Positions 23,901 to 56,450 of a stretch of DNA of 64,000 nucleotides are shown piece by piece. The notes under the pieces were generated by a model. That model did not search any database and was not told the origin of the DNA. It saw nothing but the letters and a program-made list of their open reading frames with translations. The first letter of the stretch is position 1. Every line of letters begins with the position of its first letter. The position numbers and the translations under genes were made by a program. The stretch comes from Camelus dromedarius (Eukaryota), in the NCBI RefSeq assembly GCF_036321535.1, contig NC_087436.1, positions 120,592,001 to 120,656,000 of the forward strand, given 5' to 3'.

Positions 23901-25512
23901 AGTGAAGATGCCTCCCCAAGAACGTGTACCACCAGCTGGCACTCGGGAAGCCTGGGACCTGCACTCACCCTCCCAGCGTGAGCAGAAACCTCAGAGGGGA
24001 AGTCAAAGGAGAGTGCCTGGGAGACGGGCTGGAGCAAGGGGCTTCTGGAAGGACGAAGCCGCAGTCCAGGTGGACAGAGGGCAGCGTGGAGCACCAGCGC
24101 CCCAGACTCAGAGGTTCTGCGGTGGCTGGAGTGAGTGGCTCCTTCTCTGAGCCAGGGATGGATTGAAGCCTTCTTCCTATGTGTCCACATAGGAGGTACT
24201 GTCACTGTCACCCCACCCTCTGGGCTAAGTGGCTCATCCCAAGTCTTAGGGCTGAGTGGCATCTGGCTCCAGGATCTGGCCTCCCCGCTGCCCAGCACAG
24301 CTGGTGAAGGAAATCCATAAAGGCACCTGGCTCTACAGAGCGGCTGGGCCAACAGCCCAGTGTTGGAGGGGCCTGGCCCAGGTGACAATGCTGGGCTGTG
24401 GACCCCATGTCTGGCCCGCATTGTCCCCAGTGCTCAGGGCATGAGCATACCAGTGTTCACGCTGGCTGGACTGCAGCTGGGGGACTGTGAGAAGTGGCTG
24501 GCAGGCAGATGTGTGCACATCTGGATGGCAGAGTGAGCCCCTGTTCAGCTCTGGGGCAGGGGGAGCTTCAAAGGCGCTGGCTAAACACCAAAGCAGTCCT
24601 GATCCTGGGCGGAGAGAAGGGCTCTGGGCAGAGAGCAAGGTCCACCTTTCTCTCACCTTGGGTCTGAGGGTCCTGGGCCTCCCTCCTCCCAGGCCCTTCA
24701 GGCCACCTGCCCAGATGGCTCCAGGTGATGCAGGTGGGACATGGGGGAGGGGAGGGAAGTGAGGGGGCTCTCTCACTCCCACAGGTGCAGATAGTGGAGC
24801 TGGGGTGTCTGCACTGGGCTCTCTGGCCCCTCCACATTGCTTTTGCCTCTCATTTGGTGTGGGGGGAGAAGGGAAGAGGCACCCCAGGGAGCTTTTATGC
24901 CAACCCCAGGATGGTCTGTGCTGAGTCAGTGGACTGACACCCTTAGTTTCCAGGCTTTCTGAGAGCACAGCAGGGAGCTTCTCCCTGGGGTGTAGGCTCA
25001 AAGGTGAGCAGTCGCTCAAGGCAACAGAGCTCCTCGCCCTTTCTGGTACCTAAACACCCCCTAGAGACCCTCCAGGTGCTTCCATGGCGGAGGACAGGGT
25101 GGGGAGGTGGGGACACTCCCTCACGCCTCTCATGGGACCTGGGCCCAGAGCTGAGGGGTGTTTGGCCTGGCTCACAGCCAGTTGGGTCCAGTGCTGGGCG
25201 AGGACCCCGCCTCGCCCCCGAGCCGGCCCCGTCCAGGAATCAGGGTTTGTAGGCAGGGTCAGCAGAGGATCCAGAGGTCAGGTGGGAGGTGGAAGCCGAG
25301 CCCCAAGGGGGGCGCTCACCCTGGGGGCGGAGCACCGGCCCGGAAGCGGGCTGGGCGCTGCCCTGTCCCTCCCGCCGCATCGCTCTGCGCGGTTCCTGGC
25401 GCCTCGCTGTAACCCGACTCCGCGCTCGCTCGTGGGGGGCGGGAGCCCGAGCGGCGCTGCGCCCCGGCCCGAGTGCCACATCACTCGCCCGCCGCCCTGC
25501 CCGCCGCCCACC

Positions 25513-46136
<20,624 letters not shown>

Positions 46137-46229
46137 GCACCCGCCTGCTCGTGCCAGGCACATGCCTGGCCCAGGGCTCCTGCTCTTGATCTGTCTTCCA
46201 GAGACATCCCACTAAGCCTTTTCCATTTT

Positions 46230-46235
46230 ATTAAA
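46230..46235 (+). terminator. CPZ polyadenylation signal (ATTAAA variant)
   Basis: ATTAAA 94 nt after the stop codon, in a T-rich patch within otherwise GC-rich DNA. Confidence 0.75.
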
Positions 46236-46934
46236 GTGTTTTTATTCTCCTCCCACCGTGATGAGAGGCTCTGTGCGAGGCACCTGCGGGAGAATCCATG
46301 GTGCCTGATGGAGAGAGGGCCGCCCTGGCCTTGTGCACCTGTGTGACCCTGGGGCAAGGGCTCCTCTGCCCGACAGGTGGCCGGAAGCAGGGCTGCCCTT
46401 CAAACCTGTCTGTGCCTGGTGGCCCTTTCCTGGAATGCCAGGCCTCCAATGTCGAGTGGCCTCTACTTGACAGACCGGAAATGGAGGCTCAGTGGGGCAC
46501 ATGACGTTCTAAGGACACACACGGAGAGGGTGGGGCCGGGCTCAAGCCAGACTCTGGGTCCTGCAGCTGAAGGCTGTGTGTCTAGAGTATGTGCAGGTGG
46601 GAGGCAAAGGACAAAGGTGGGGGGAGCCTGACTGGGGGAGTAGGGGTGGGCAGTGCAGACCCCCTCAAGGTCACAGGTTCAAGGGCAGGAGAGTGAGCAA
46701 GGAACACCACCTAAGGGTCATGCTTAGAGGCTCCCAGGCTACTATAGGGTCCTGACTCAAGGAGGAAGGGGCTCCCTTGGTGCCTCCTCATCCTGTGATG
46801 CCACCAACTCAGGTCCAGGGAAACCTAAGGCCCCAAACTCCCCACAGGACCCCCTCCAGGCTCACCTCTCTAGGTCAGGTGGGTCTGTTGGTCCTGGGAT
46901 CTATGGGGCAGGGAGTGATTGCCAGAGAGAGGGT

Positions 46935-47160
46935 GTGCTAGTCAGCTAGGGCCGTGTAACAAAGCCCCGCAGACCAGGGCTCAGACCACAGACGGCTGTC
47001 TCCTGGTCCTGGAGGCTGGGAGTCAGAGTTAAAGTGTCAGCAGGGTTGGTTCTTGCTGAGGCCGTGAAGGAGGATCTGCCCAGGTCTGTGTCCTTGGCTT
47101 CTGAATGGCGTCTTCACCCCGTCCCTTCACATCACCTTCCTTCCATGTCTGTGTAAATTC
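46935..47160 (-). mobile_element. MaLR (MLT1-like) LTR fragment
   Basis: gctagggccgtgtaacaaag ... ctggaggctgggagtc ... aagtgtcagcagggttggttctt. Confidence 0.7.
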
Positions 47161-48485
47161 TAGGGGGGACGCCATCCAACCCATCGGACCAGGATTGTCT
47201 GCAACGCAGTCGGTTCCTTGCTTCCTCCTGGCTGTGTCTTGGGGTCCCTTATGTCCTAGTGTCCTGGGCTGGGGCAAGGTTGACCCCCACAGAGAAGCAG
47301 GGTATCCCATTGGAGCAGTACCTTGACCCCAGCTGAAGACTAGCCTGACCCCTACCGTCACCATCAGCATCGTTGGATTGCTTCCTGCCACCCCGGACCG
47401 AAGCTGACGAGAGCAGACGTGCTCTGATGCTGGGTGGCGGTGTTTTCATGGGGGGGAAGTGCAGGCGGGGACTAGGCATCCCCCCGTCGCACAGTCTGGT
47501 CCCGGTTCAGCGGTTCAGAGTTTGCAAAGCGAGCGTGTGCATCCAAGGAGGACACGTGCTTTTGTCAAGCATCTCGTAGTTTTTGGAGCCCCTCTACTCT
47601 GCAATCGCCCATGGGTCTGTGCTTCTGAAGGTCAGCATTTATTTAGCCCCACTGTGTGCTAGGCACTCTGGACTCCTATCCCTGCTGCACACATGTAGGT
47701 GCCGCCCAGAGAGCTTGTGTGATGAGCCCAGGACCCCGCAGCCTGCGGGCGGCAGCTCGGTGCCTCCCGCAGGACAAGGTTCTTGCTCTCACCCGCTCTG
47801 CTGTTCGCAGCGGCCTCCGGGGCTCTCCCCGCGTGAGACGCAGGGGCAGCTCAGTCCAGCGCCGAGTTCACTCCAGGAGCGGAGGGCGGGGCCCAGGGTG
47901 GGGGTGGGGCTGAGGAGACAGATGTCCGAGAGGCATGGGGGACCGTGGAGACAGGACAGGTGTCTCCCTCCCAGCCCCTTTCTTGTGCTCACACAGTTCA
48001 TCTGTGGCCAGTGGAGACCTCGTGGTGGCTCCTGCGTCCTTTCAATAAGACTGGCCTGTCCTCGGGGACACCCTTTCCATCTGGCAGCTCCTTGAACCAG
48101 GTCCTCTAGCTCAGCCCCATTTTCTCGAGTCTCCTGGCTTCTATGGTGGGAAACGGTTTTTGGAAGTGTAACCTGTGCGCCGGGCTCCTCATTGCTGCCC
48201 CACTAGGGTTCAGGGGTGCATCGTGGCTTCTAGGCTGAGCAGAGGACAGAGCTGGGAATAGGTTTCCTTTCAAGGGGGACACATTGATGGCTTCCTGTTG
48301 AAGACTCCAATCTAAACTTAGAATTACTTAACCCCACTCTGAGCTCCCTGTTTTCAACAACGGTGGGAAGGACTGAGCTAGTGTTTGTAAGAATTACTTT
48401 ATTGCTTTATTCCTGATATGTGTACCCCAGCCTCAGGACGACCCCCCCACCCACAGTGTGATGACCAAAAACAGTTTAAGATTTT

Positions 48486-48487
<2 letters not shown>

Positions 48488-48523
<36 letters not shown>
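48488..48523 (+). repeat. (TG)n microsatellite
   Basis: Visible dinucleotide run. Confidence 0.95.
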
Positions 48524-48524
<1 letters not shown>

Positions 48525-48869
48525 TTCCTTTTGTCCTGGAAAACAAGCCACTAAGGATGCAAGGTCAAATAGTTTTCACTGGTCCTGGCATCTGAGGTCG
48601 TGAAGCCATCGCAGCAAAGAGCCACGGGCACGCCCTGGAGCAGGCGCTGCAGGAGACGGCTGTGGGTGGGGAGACGTGGAGACTCAAGAAGGCAGGCGAA
48701 GGTTCCAGAAGGAGAAACCATGTATTTTTTTTTTTTTGAATTTGAGCTTGATGTAGCCAGGGACGGATACAGTGACAGTAGGCATTAGGTGCCCCCTCCT
48801 TGTGGGGAGAAGTTGGGAACTAGTTCACTTTTCAGGACAGCTGCATCTTATTCCATGAAATGTGTGGGC

Positions 48870-49135
48870 TTTCCAGCTTTATTGAGATATAGCCAACATG
48901 TAGCCTTGAGTAAGGTAAAGATGCTCAGTGGATTGATTTGATACACTTGTATATTGTGAAATGATTGCCCCAGTGGGATTGGTTAACATCTCCATCACTT
49001 CACATTATTATCACTTCTTTTGGGTGAGAAGATTGAAGATCCATGCTCTTGGCAAATTTCGAGTGTGTAATACAGCCTTGTGAACTACAACAGACACCCA
49101 GAATTACTCGTCTTACAGGAAAGTTTGATCTATAC
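48870..49135 (-). mobile_element. Old LINE-1 3' end
   Basis: cagctttattgagatata ... tatattgtgaaatgatt ... gttaacatctccatcac. Confidence 0.75.
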
Positions 49136-49449
49136 TTGAGTAACATTCTTAAGAACTGTGCTTTGTAAACCCAAACCCACTTACCAGGTGGATTAAGGGG
49201 GAGCCTGTGGCTTGCTCCGCGTTAGCATCGGGGAAGGCCACGTGGGAGAGCGACATGAGACGCAGAGTCAAAGGACCACCGAGAGAAGAGTCCGAGGGAG
49301 AAGGGGTTGCGGGGACAGGTCCTGCCGCGCCATATGCAAATCCTGGGGGGACAAGAACGAATGGCAGAGAACATCTGAGCTGACAATGAAGCCACAGCTG
49401 CAGAGGGAAAGAGTGCGCAGGCTCCAGGCAGGACGCGCAGGGACACACT

Positions 49450-52290
49450 GCCAGGTGTAGCCTGATGACCTTCCTGAAGCCTGGGGAGGAACAAAAGTCT
49501 TATCACCTTTTTAAAGGAAAAAAAAAAAAACAACAACTTACAGAGGACAAAGCACCAGATTGGCATCGGACTTGTCATCTGTTACTCTGAGAGCTGGAAG
49601 TGATGCCACCAAGCACTGGGGAAAGGCTCTGCCCGGCAGCCGACACCTCGGTGAACGTGGGATAAGGTATCGCGGTGAGCTGATGCCCACGCTGTTCTCC
49701 TGCCCAGGCGCTGCTCAAAGTGCCTTCCGTGTGCGAGCTCATTTAAGTTGTTACCTCTCATTGATGAGCATTAGCATCGCCCCCATCTTGTGGGCACAGA
49801 GAGGTTCAGTAACTTACCCACAGTCACACAGCCACAGTTGGAAGCCTGGACGGGTCTGTGCTCTTTGCTACTCTCTCACTGCCTCCTCAGACAGAATCCG
49901 TGGGTCACCGACAGAAAGAGATTTCCAGATTTTCAAGGATCAAGGGAAGACATCAGCAACTTGAGAGACTGAAAGCAGGGTCCTCTTGCCGGGCTTGTTG
50001 CGAGACTGATGTCAGAGCGCCGGGCTCTGGGCTTTCAGTAAGAAAAGGCGGTTGGGGAAGCCAGCCGCAGGCTGACCGGGTAGCCTCCGGCGGCGGGAGC
50101 TGGTCCTAGCCCTCCCGCAGCGGGCCGGGCGCCGGGAGGGGCCACTTCCAGAGGGAGCAGAGGTCGCAGCCGGGGCTGGGGTCCCTGGTGGCGGGTGTCT
50201 TGATTTCCTGTAGTACTGCTGGAGTTTGAGGTGGAGGCAGGGAAGGGAAGGGGACCCCTGGTGGAAGGAGAGAGCCCAGGTCACTCACAGACGCTGATGA
50301 GGAGGAAGCCGTTGGGGGACGAACAGCAGCAAAAGATGAGCAAAAGCGAAAAGATCCCAGAGAAAGAGAAAGTGGACGGTGAGCAGGAAGGACACAGAAG
50401 GAGCGGGACGCAGACCGCCAGGGCTGTGCACACGCTGGGGTCCTGTTAGAAGACAGAGACCCCAATGTGGGCTACAAAAAAGGCTGTATTTTAAAGAAGC
50501 ATGCTTCAAGGCAAGTGATACAGAATGCTTGAGAGTAAAGGGATGTTCCAGGGATGCCCAGAACTCCGACAAAAGGACAAGGGTAGGATTTTCAGTCCAG
50601 AGAAGGAGGAACTGAACATCAAAAACAGTAAAAGGGAAAGAGGCATTTCAAAGAATTAAAAGAACAATTTGTGAGTAAGATAAAATAATAGATCCATATT
50701 TACAGTAATCAACTTAGTGGCTAACTATCTTATACCAAGTTATCTAAAACTGTAAGGAGAACGTAATAAAAACAGGATTCCGCCAGGGATTGCCATGTGC
50801 CATTTTCAGAATCAGACTTACCTAGTAGATGACCAACTAGCCAATCAGGTTTTAGAGCAATGGCACCCCGCCAGCAGCAAACTCAATTTAATGGATGTTT
50901 GCAAACATTTCATACTTCAAACAGAGGCTACATGTTCTTCCCAAGGCCCACTAAGCATTTACAAGAATGGATAATATCCGTAGTCACAGAGTAAATCTTC
51001 AGAAAAATTTCAAAGGTTGAGATTTTCTCTAGCCATATTCTTGAAAAATTTGAAATGGTAAATAACATTTTGACCACCCGCCTCCCTCCCCCCCCAAAAA
51101 AACCCCCAACCCTTTACCACTGAGAAAACGAGATGCGCGCTCTTCAGCCGTGCTCTACCCCAGAGAACGGGGAGCTGCGGCAGGGAGTCAGCAGAAGAGT
51201 GAACGCGGCCGCTGGGAGTTTGAAGGCTGGGCTGGGCTGTGCTCATACAGCAGGCTGCTCCGCCACCTCAGGGCGCCCTCACCCCCAGGGTCCCCGCTCG
51301 ACCCCATCACGTCTGCTCACATCCCGGCGGCCAGAACCCAGTCACATGGTCCTGCCTGGCCCGGGGGTGCTGGCAGCTATAGGTTTTATCCTGGGTGGGA
51401 GCGGGCCCCATAAAATCTGAGGGCTCTGCTACCACAGAAAAGGGGAGAACGGCCTCGGGGAGCCGGCCTGCTCTGCACGACCTCCTTGGAGGGAAAACGA
51501 ATGAGCCCTGGAATCAGGGACTAATTCGAGTGCAGAGACAAGGGGAGGTCCTCAGTGGGGCGCGGTGAGCGCGGGCGCCCCAGGAAGCATCCGAGCTTCA
51601 GGTGCGTTCATCACTGATAAAAACACAGATTAATTTACCACCAAGGACAGCGATAAATTACTCAGCATGAAAAAAAAGACAGTATTACCAAAAAACCCCA
51701 AAGGATAAGAAGAGGAAAATAGCAGAGGAGAGAGACCAAGAGAGCAAAACAACGGAAAGAATAGAAAGTGCTAACAAGCCCCAGGGCCGGCTCTTCCCGA
51801 AGAGCAGCAGAGCAGATGAGTCCCTCATAAAGCGGTGAAGACATAGCCTGGAGGAGGCGTGGCCAAGACCGAGAAGACACGGCCGGAAAACCGAGAGAGA
51901 GTTAAACAGATTTCTTAAAGTTTTATGTAACTCGATGGCAGTAAACCTGAAAAGCAAGAGAAAAAGAGATAGCTTTCTGGAAAAAATGCAAATTAAATAT
52001 ATAAAAATGTAAACATCAATGACGGGACTTCGCCAAAGAAGACCGGGTAACTTGAACAGGTCGGGTACCGCAGGACGGATGGGACCGGGGTGCCCGGGGC
52101 TGGGGACGAGGGAGTTGGGGGTGGCTGCTGGTGGGTGTGGGGTTTTAGGGGCTGATGTGGACTAGTCTGGAATTAGAGGGTGGTGTTGGTTGCACAGCTC
52201 TGGAAATACACTAAAACTCATTATATACTTTAAAAAGTTTAAAATGGTGAATTTTATGCTATATGAATTTTGACTCTATTTTTTTAAAAA
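49450..52290 (+). mobile_element. Fragmented ancient LINE-1 (ORF2 start, ORF2 pieces and a 3' end)
   Basis: A-rich patches: gagagtaaagggatg (50531), agtaaatcttcagaaaaatttcaaagg (50990), atacactaaaactcatt..tttaaaatggtgaattttatgctatatgaatt (52206-52270). Confidence 0.6.
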
Positions 52291-53459
52291 AGGCAGAGAG
52301 GAGGCTTATTGGAAGGAGCACCCAGAGATGACAGGAGTGACGCTGAGTGACATCCAGGTGTCAGTGCTCACTGATGAGCCACCGAGGACTGAGGGGATGT
52401 GCGGCCTGGGGGAGTGGGCCTGCGGCACGCCCGTCCTCGGTCCTGGGGTTCTCGTCATGCACGCCTCCCTCCATGGTCTGCTGTCCCTGTGGACCACGAG
52501 CTCCATGGGGCAGGGGGCGTGTGGGTCTGGCTCGTTGCGTGTCCCAGCTCCTGTGACAGACTGGCGCTGACGCTGATTGAACAAGGAATGAATGGCTGAG
52601 AAGGAGGAGGAAAGCTGGGTGAGCCTGGCAAGGGGCGGGGCAGGGTGGGGGCTGAGGGTGCTGGGGGGGGCTGGCCACGCCTCCCTGGCCTGCCTGTGAG
52701 GAAGGTGGGAGCTGGAACCCCCGAGGATGGAGACGTGGCATAATTCCAGAGCAAGCGTCCCCGAGCCCTCCTTGTCTGTTGGTTGTTGCTTTAGGGACTG
52801 GGAGGATCGGGGCAGGAGAGAGCCCAGGGGTAGGAGTAGGGGGCGGCGGGGCCTTGGCCCCGGTTGGGGCTGTGGGTGGCCTCAGGCATGGGAAGTGCAA
52901 GGCTTCCACTCTCCTTGTGAAGCAGGAGGAGATGCTGTAGGTGACAGTGAGGGGGGTGGGAGTGGGAGGGGCGAGGAGCCACCCCCAGGAACGGTGGGGA
53001 TCTGAACAAGACTCGGGGCCAAGCGGGGGCTTTGCCCCCGTCCATGGTCCCTTCCAGCCCCCCCGCAGCCCTGGCTTGTGGCGTTCTCCAGAGCCCTGAC
53101 CTCTTGACTTTGAAGGACTTCAAGGTCTTCTGGAGACGCTTGCGCCCAAGCAGCACCTCCTCTCCAGCAGCTCTGACAGCCGGTCTCACAACCTGTGCTT
53201 AAAGGCCTCGGGGCGGGAAGGTCACCCCTGCAGGGAAGCTGTCACTGTCTAGATCTGCCATTGTGAGAAGGCACTTCCTTGCACGGGACCCCTCTCTTCT
53301 TGACCCGGCCCACTGCTGCTGCCCTCTGCGGGCACCTCGCCTCCGTGTGACAACGCGCCGTGGACTCACCACTCTCCTCTCGGCTCCATGTCCAGTTCCC
53401 TCCGTCCCAGGTGGACGGTCCACAGGGAGAGGAGAGAAGCAATTTGGGACCAGTCGCCA

Positions 53460-54060
53460 GGCTGCTCTGTGCATTAAACCATAAACCACTCTCTGATGAT
53501 TTTATGAGGGTCATTTTTTTCCTTCCATTTTCGTGTCCAAATCTAATCTTTTGAGAACCTACTTTCCTCTAACTCACGTATTACGGGCTTTCGTCAATAA
53601 TAATATACGATCAATCACTCAAACGTAATTGATTAGTCTAGAGACCCTGCTTTCCCTCTTAGTCTGTGTCTGACTGGACATAACCGCAGCCGTTGCCGTG
53701 TGTGGCGGCCTTGCCCTTTGGCTGTCGAGTATCTTTACCTTTTAGCTGAGATTCAATTTATACACAATTTTCTAATGTGAGCTTAAGAAAAATCCAAAAG
53801 GGCACTTTGTGTCCCAGCCCTGCAGATGACGCCATCCCCCAGCCCGATAGCAGCCCAGGGGCTGGATTAGCGGCCGACACGGCCTTCTGAGGTGGCTCTG
53901 AGCTTCGTTCGTCTTTATGCGGCCATACAGATAATTTTTTTGTCACCAGAAAGTTGAGCTTCATAAATCCAATATCACCCAATTCAATAAAGAGAATTGG
54001 AGTCTGTTCCAGCCAGTCTGCATCTCTGTCAGCTGAAACAAAACCACAATGTCTTAAACC
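53460..54060. promoter_or_regulatory. Candidate conserved developmental enhancer
   Basis: AT-rich, non-repetitive-looking block with TTTTATGA (53500), ATCAATCA (53610) and TAATTGATTA (53626); conservation not testable here. Confidence 0.5.
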
Positions 54061-55779
54061 AAGATGGCAGCGGTGCCCAGATGACTTCCTGCAGACCCAG
54101 GGCACGGGGGGCCTCCAGTGCTCAGGGACCAGCACCAGCCCGGGCCACCCTCTCTCCACACCCGCCCTGCACCCAGTGAGCGGAGCACATCGCTGAGAAC
54201 TGTGGTCCCACTCGGCCCCTGGTTAGCTGTGATGAACTGAAGGATGAGCCTTGGGCGTGGAGGACGGGCGTGGGGAGGCTGGTGCTCAAGCCCCTGGGCT
54301 GGCGCTTTCCACGCCGCGCTGTTTCCTGGGCACAGGATTCGAGGAGGAAGATGATGGTAGATGAGGTGCCAGGAACTCAGGAGATGTCTGAGGCTGGCCA
54401 CGTTTGCTACCCACTCAGGACTCTTGAAGAATATTCAATAGAAAAGGGGGGCGTCCTTTGAAACCCTGACCCCAGTGCAAATTGTACCTCCTCCGTTTGG
54501 CCTTCACCATCACCAGTCAGAACTGCTGTCTCCTTCCTGATTGACGCAGCCAACACCTCTTTAAGTAACGTGAGCAAGACAAGGACAAGGAGGAGGAAGA
54601 AGAGGAAAAAATAAAAGCTGCCCCCGTTGTCTTCAGTCATTTGTGCATGTGGTGCCAGTTCCGCCCACCCCGCCTTCTCTGCCCCATTCCAGCCGCGGAC
54701 CGGGAAGCGTGGCTTCAGCAGAGAGAGACTTCCTTAATCTTCCTGCTTCCCATTGCACTTCCTCGCTCTCAGCTCAGCATCTTGCCTTGTTACAAGCCGC
54801 GAGCGTTGTGCGAGCGCTGGCAGAGGCCACAGGGCTCCCGGGTGGGGGACGAGGCACTACCAAGCGCCGAGCATTACGTGGTGGTCAGTCCTTTCCCCCA
54901 GGTTCTTGGGGTGACACTATACCTAGAGCATCAGGAACACCCCTGGGGGACAGAGGTCGCCCCATCCCTCAAGGCTGCTTGCTACAAACACAGGTCGTGC
55001 CTCCCTGGCTGACTGCAGAGTGCGGGGTTGCTCGGGGCGTGTCTGAGTGGCCTTTCCAGCCCTGTCGGCTCTGGGTCTGGCGTCTGGGCTGTGCTGCAGC
55101 TTCTCACCCGGTCCCCGAACTCTTCTCAGCCGAGTAGAGGGGGTGGGTCTGGTCCTGCCTGATCTTAAGTGTCGCTGCTGCTGAACTCCCTTCTGTCCTG
55201 GAACTGGCCTCCCCAAGCCTCCAGGTCATCTTCTTCCCAGCAACCTCGTGCTTCCTCCCAGACACCGATGTGCGAACACCCAGCCTGCTCCTGTCCCGAT
55301 TCCCGGAGGGAGCATTGCCTCCGGGGTTGTGACCACTGGGTCAGGACCCCCCTTACCCTGCTGGGAAGACCTTCTCCGCCCCGCTCTGCCAGGGCACTGG
55401 CAGCCTCCTGGGGCCGTCACTGTGAGTGGCTTTTAAGGTGTCCAATTGGCAATGCTCTGTTATGGCTACCGCTACCCCAGGAAACTGTACAGACCCTTCC
55501 CAAGTGAGGGCCGGTCCTCTATTCACTTCTGCTGACGGGACCGTTGGAGGGAAAAGGAATCGGGCACTTGCTCCCCAGGGGCTGGAGAGCACCCCGTCTC
55601 TCCTGCGGGCGGTGGTTCCATGAGAGAAGTGGGGAAAGCAACCCCTCCGACGCCCCAGCCCGCATGCCCCGAGCCCAGTGGGACGCACATAATTGGTTTG
55701 CTTTGCAATTCTCTCCCCTCAGTGGAGACAAATTGATTTGTACGTGGACCTGGGCTGTCACTGACGGGCGGCTGTTTCG

Positions 55780-56450
55780 TTAGAGAACAAGGTTTGCCGG
55801 TTGGAGGAAGGGCGGGCTCGGGCACAGCCGGCGGGCGGGCGGGGGCACAGGCACCAGGCGAGCCCTCTGCATTCAGCAGGCGATGTGCACCAGGGGACCC
55901 GCACCTGGCGGAGGCAGCTCTGCCCCGGGCGGCTGCATCGCAGGCCCCAAGCCCTGGCTGAGCACGGGCGCACGCAGGCCCGCACGCGGGACCCGGGGCC
56001 GCGGGAGCCGGCGCACCTGCTGGCCTCGCCTGGGCTGCGGACTCCTGGCAAACAGCCGCCGTTACGCAGGTGTTACAGGAACTGTGCGGACGCCGCTAGG
56101 GCGGTGGGGCGTGTGGAGGCGCTGTTCGCAAAGAGCAGACGTGATTCAGGAACCCCAGGGCACCACGTCCAACGAGAGAGGACAAGGACAATGAGCAGCG
56201 GCTGGGCAGCGCCCCCTCCCCCGGGCAGGGCCGGGTTCCTTCCCGGGTCTGAGCCGGCCTCAGCTCCGCACCGGCCGCCGCGCCCGCCCGCCCGTCAGGC
56301 GCGGTCCCCTGGCTCCGGAAGGAACACGTAGAAAGGAACTTAGCGCCGTGGGAAGTGCCCCTTCCTCACGACAGCGCAGACCGAAGCCTGAGCCCCCAGG
56401 GCGACGCGGCCCTGCCGCTCTCTTGGGATCGCCCCGAGCCCTGGTGCTCT
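55780..56450. promoter_or_regulatory. Orphan CpG-rich island with no recognisable gene
   Basis: Dense CpG runs such as ccggccgccgcgcccgcccgcccg and GC-box-like GGCGGG repeats. Confidence 0.55.

Noticed and set aside
25084..25512. N-terminal extension of CPZ from the in-frame upstream ATG at 25084
   Set aside because: It would bury the signal peptide behind about 143 low-complexity residues and lies in the promoter CpG island. The ATG at 25513 matches the known start.
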